Assembly (NCBI GenBank): GCA_030265395.1
Contig: JARFYF010000060.1
Coordinates: 11,365,324-11,429,323, forward strand
Length of the DNA stretch: 64,000 nt
Origin: Rhina ancylostomus
Lineage: Eukaryota
Reading direction: 5' to 3'
Numbering within the stretch: the stretch's first letter is position 1; every line of letters begins with the position of its first letter. Of the stretch, positions 63,325-64,000 are shown piece by piece. A program made the translations under genes and the position numbers. The notes below the pieces were generated by a model that was not told the DNA's origin, did not search any database, and was given only the letters and a program-made list of their open reading frames with translations.

Positions 63325-63670
63325 ATTGGTAAATTGGTTTATTATTGTTACATGTACTGAGGTAGAGTGAAAAATGTTGTTTTGCGTGCCATCCATACAA
63401 GCCATTTCATTACAACAGCGCACTGAGTAGTACAAGGGAAAAAATAACAGAATGCAGAATAAACAGTTTTTGTTACAGTGAGAGTGCAGTACAGGCAGAT
63501 AGTAAGTTGCAAGACCACAACAAGGCAGATTGTGAGGTCAAGAGTCCATCTTATCATATCAAGGGACCATTCAATAGTCTCATAACAGCAGGATAAAAGC
63601 TGTCCTTGAGCCTGGTGGCACATGCTTTCAGGCTTTTGTATCTTCTGCCTGATTGAAGGAGGCATTGTAA
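63325..63670 (-). mobile_element. Rex1/Babar-type LINE 3' end
   Basis: Minus strand resembles LPSGRRYKSLKA..TRLKDSFYPA.MRLLN, followed by a 3' UTR. Confidence 0.7.
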
Positions 63671-64000
63671 AGAGTTGCCCAGGTTCATTGAGAATTAATG
63701 TGAGAGTGAGACAAATCTTTTTAAGAAACCCTCATGTTAGTTTGGGTTGAATTAGATTCAAAAGTTAACGAGACCAGTAACTCCAAACAGGGCCATTTCT
63801 CCTGAAATCAAATGATCAAATTTGACACACTCCGATGAACTTTTTGAAGAGGTAATAAGCATGTTAGTGAGTGTGTGTGTTAGGAGGTTCTTTAATTGTT
63901 CACCTCATGGGAGATTGGAAACTAAATTTAAAATCTGGTAAGGAGAGTAAATACAAAAAATAGAAGTTATGAAGTAAGCCTGGTAGAGTGGCGCAGCTGA

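Overview
Eukaryotic, AT-rich, repeat-rich vertebrate DNA. The repeat set (CR1, V-SINE/HE1-type SINEs, Penelope, Rex1/Babar, RTE) points to a cartilaginous fish (shark/ray); this is inference. Almost all ORF-track entries are retroelement debris or noise. The main content is one spliced + strand gene that I assembled by hand: 14 phase-compatible coding exons from 16400 to 54952 (1800 nt, 600 codons), one extra candidate in-frame exon (19993-20067), and a probable non-coding first exon/promoter near 600-733. It encodes a signal-peptide-bearing, N-glycosylated otoancorin-like protein (otoancorin/stereocilin/mesothelin superfamily). No further exon or stop codon was found, so it probably continues past the window end. 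It looks like a divergent paralog rather than the OTOA orthologue: the N-terminus is shorter and a Gly-Lys-Asp repeat linker is inserted. One intron probably uses a GC donor. The introns hold many LINE/SINE fragments, two solo LTRs with target-site duplications, Penelope-derived elements with minimal hammerhead-ribozyme motifs (several as head-to-head pairs, one with a 12-bp TSD), a possible decayed EnSpm/CACTA transposase, and three short near-perfect inverted duplications. Homology calls come from recalled family motifs, not database searches. Repeat boundaries are approximate unless TSDs are given.
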